A stretch of 61,767 nt of DNA, filler included, from Chthonomonadaceae bacterium (lineage in GTDB: Bacteria > Armatimonadota > Chthonomonadetes > Chthonomonadales > Chthonomonadaceae), in assembly GCA_035650735.1 (NCBI GenBank). It is 5 parts of 5 records of this genome, joined end to end, with 100 filler letters (N's around TTAATTAATTAA, not from the genome) between each part and the next. Parts side by side here need not be neighbours in the genome. Positions count along the whole stretch, not along the records: positions 57,763 to 61,767 come from DASRGZ010000113.1; 4 more parts are not named here. One strand, written 5' to 3'. How positions within the stretch are numbered: the stretch's first letter is position 1; each line of letters begins with the position of its first letter. This document shows positions 61,201 through 61,767 of this stretch, piece by piece. Made by a program: the position numbers and the translations under genes. The notes under the pieces were generated by a model. The model did no database searches. It had not been told where the DNA came from and saw only the letters and a program-made list of their open reading frames with translations.

Positions 61201-61322
61201 GTCACGTCCGGAAGGATAGAGACGGGGAAGGAGCCGATCATCCAGGCGCCAATGCCGCACAAGACGACGGTTACGAACAGGACCGCTTTGAGATGCCGGG
61301 TGGCAAACTGGCTCAGGCTCAT
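58233..61322 (-). CDS. RND efflux permease (AcrB/CusA family)
   Basis: GLVIDDAIVVVEN, GIVVKNGILL, RLRPILMT. Confidence 0.95.
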   Translation of the reverse strand: MSLSQFATRHLKAVLFVTVVLCGIGAWMIGSFPVSILPDVTFPRITVIADSGDRPARMMEVSVTRPLEEAIATIPGVSRIHSKTQRGATEISVDFVWGTDIVMTQQLVNARINEVRSSLPADTQITAERMNPTVFPILGLSLRSQGLSQAELWSLATYVLKPRLTRAPGVARVEVQGGRVPEIEVSVNPQRLAAFKLSLQDVEQALTQANVVRSVGRLDRQFQQYQTLVSGETTDPAQLGRIVLTQRNGIPITLCEVAAIRPSVQDRTTIVTADGSEAVLLNIVRQPDANTVSVVEGVRRELAALKPTLPPGTDIGVFYDQSVLIGEAVASVRDAVLIGAALAVLVLLLFLGNLRATLVTAVIIPATVLITFLLMRLAGLTLNLMTLGALAVGIGLVIDDAIVVVENVFRHLSQGEDRLQAVQSAAKEIAAPMISSTLTTVVVFLPLMLLAGVYGAFFTALAITLTISLMVSLALALLVSPSLCAAFLRVRPNAREHGRLFERAIRLYERLLGFTLRHGWAVPLVAAGILGVTVFLATRLETGLMPNMDEGAFVLDYWTPPGTSLAESDRLLRQIEDLLKETPEVQSYSRRTGTELGFFITEPNRGDFAVTLKPRRKRGIDAIMDDLRDKIQSEVPGVDVDFHQVLQDLIGDLAGAPKPVEVKLFGENQEELNSLAETVKARLEKIPGVADTESSAIESGPELVVPIDPIKAGRAGLTPDAVATQVNAAMFGDVVTYLLEGDRQIGVRVRYPASARTDRAQLALLPIHTPGGFNLPLAALGTIESVPGTTEMNREDQRRMVSVSGELSGRDLGSVKRDVQAMMQQIPLPPGVTYVLGGQFQSQAESFRNLAFVLALAILLVFAVMLFQFGSFTQPLVILLVMPLALFGVVLGLWVTRTPFNVSSFMGAIMLVGIVVKNGILLLDQAQKGEQNGMPLEAAILHAGEVRLRPILMTTLTAILGLVPLALGIGAGAEMQKPLAIAVIGGLSFSTVFTLLFAPLLYVAFRRAQLRKQPFERTLVPAAPERETA

Positions 61323-61767
61323 GGCTCTCTCGCCTTGTCGTGCTCGGATTTGCCGCTATCGGCGGCGTCTTGCGGGGCGGCCTCGCGCACCTTCGCGCCA
61401 TCGGAGAGCTCGTACTGTCCCAGACGGATGACGCGCTCGCCGGGGGCTACGCCGTTCCGGATCTCGACCGCGCCGCCCTGTTCGGCCCCCACGGCAACTT
61501 CCTTCTGGTGGGCCACGTTATCGGGACCGACCACAAAGACGACGGTTTTGCCTTCTTTGGTCACGAGCGCCTGTTTGGGGATCACCACCGCGCGGGGGTT
61601 GGTGCGGAGGATGATGTCTGCCGTGGCAAAGGTTCCGGCCTTGAGCGCCCCCTGCGGGTTGGCAACCGCGATCCGAACGGTCAGCAGGTTAGTCTGTGGA
61701 TCTACCTGCCCGACGCTCAGCACGCGGCCTGCAAACGTGTGGCCGGGCACATCGTCGGACGTGACGC
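61319..61767 (-). CDS. RND membrane-fusion (periplasmic adaptor) protein, 5'-partial
   Basis: VDPQT..VRI.V.NP.G.LK.G.FA; overlaps the permease start. Confidence 0.9.
   Translation of the reverse strand, partial: VTSDDVPGHTFAGRVLSVGQVDPQTNLLTVRIAVANPQGALKAGTFATADIILRTNPRAVVIPKQALVTKEGKTVVFVVGPDNVAHQKEVAVGAEQGGAVEIRNGVAPGERVIRLGQYELSDGAKVREAAPQDAADSGKSEHDKAREP

Overview
GC-rich bacterial DNA, probably an Armatimonadota-like draft genome or MAG (inferred from the ClpC N-terminus and the SigH, GloVer and WG-repeat gene content; not verified). The window is five contigs joined by artificial N-TTAATTAATTAA-N linkers (real sequence at 1-20216, 20317-42062, 42163-54199, 54300-57662 and 57763-61767), so neighbourhoods across linkers are not real. 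Housekeeping content: deoB (partial), argC-ABC-argJBD, an Rrf2-sufBCDSU-sufT-sufA operon, typA, hslV, sigH, partial clpC, GH78 and GH4 glycosidases, hydantoinase B and an RND pump. There are IS701 and IS3 fragments, an IS982-like MITE and many REP-like elements. Main observations not shown by the ORF track: (1) the leader of a methyltransferase-ABC-F operon holds two different solitary CRISPR-type repeats, an R-x-R leader peptide and a terminator; (2) vapC is broken by an exact 30-bp duplication flanking a 37-bp insert, the geometry of a CRISPR spacer integration; (3) a complete Arg-codon leader-peptide attenuator lies upstream of argC; (4) a LolA-like-TlpA fusion has an in-frame UGA (UxxC) and a SECIS-like hairpin; (5) a membrane-anchored protein resembling eukaryotic SSUH2 heads an operon divergent from an HTH-NB-ARC-TPR gene; (6) a ~100-nt sRNA or riboswitch candidate and a 54-aa zinc-ribbon membrane protein. 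All family calls come from motif recognition by eye; no searches were run.
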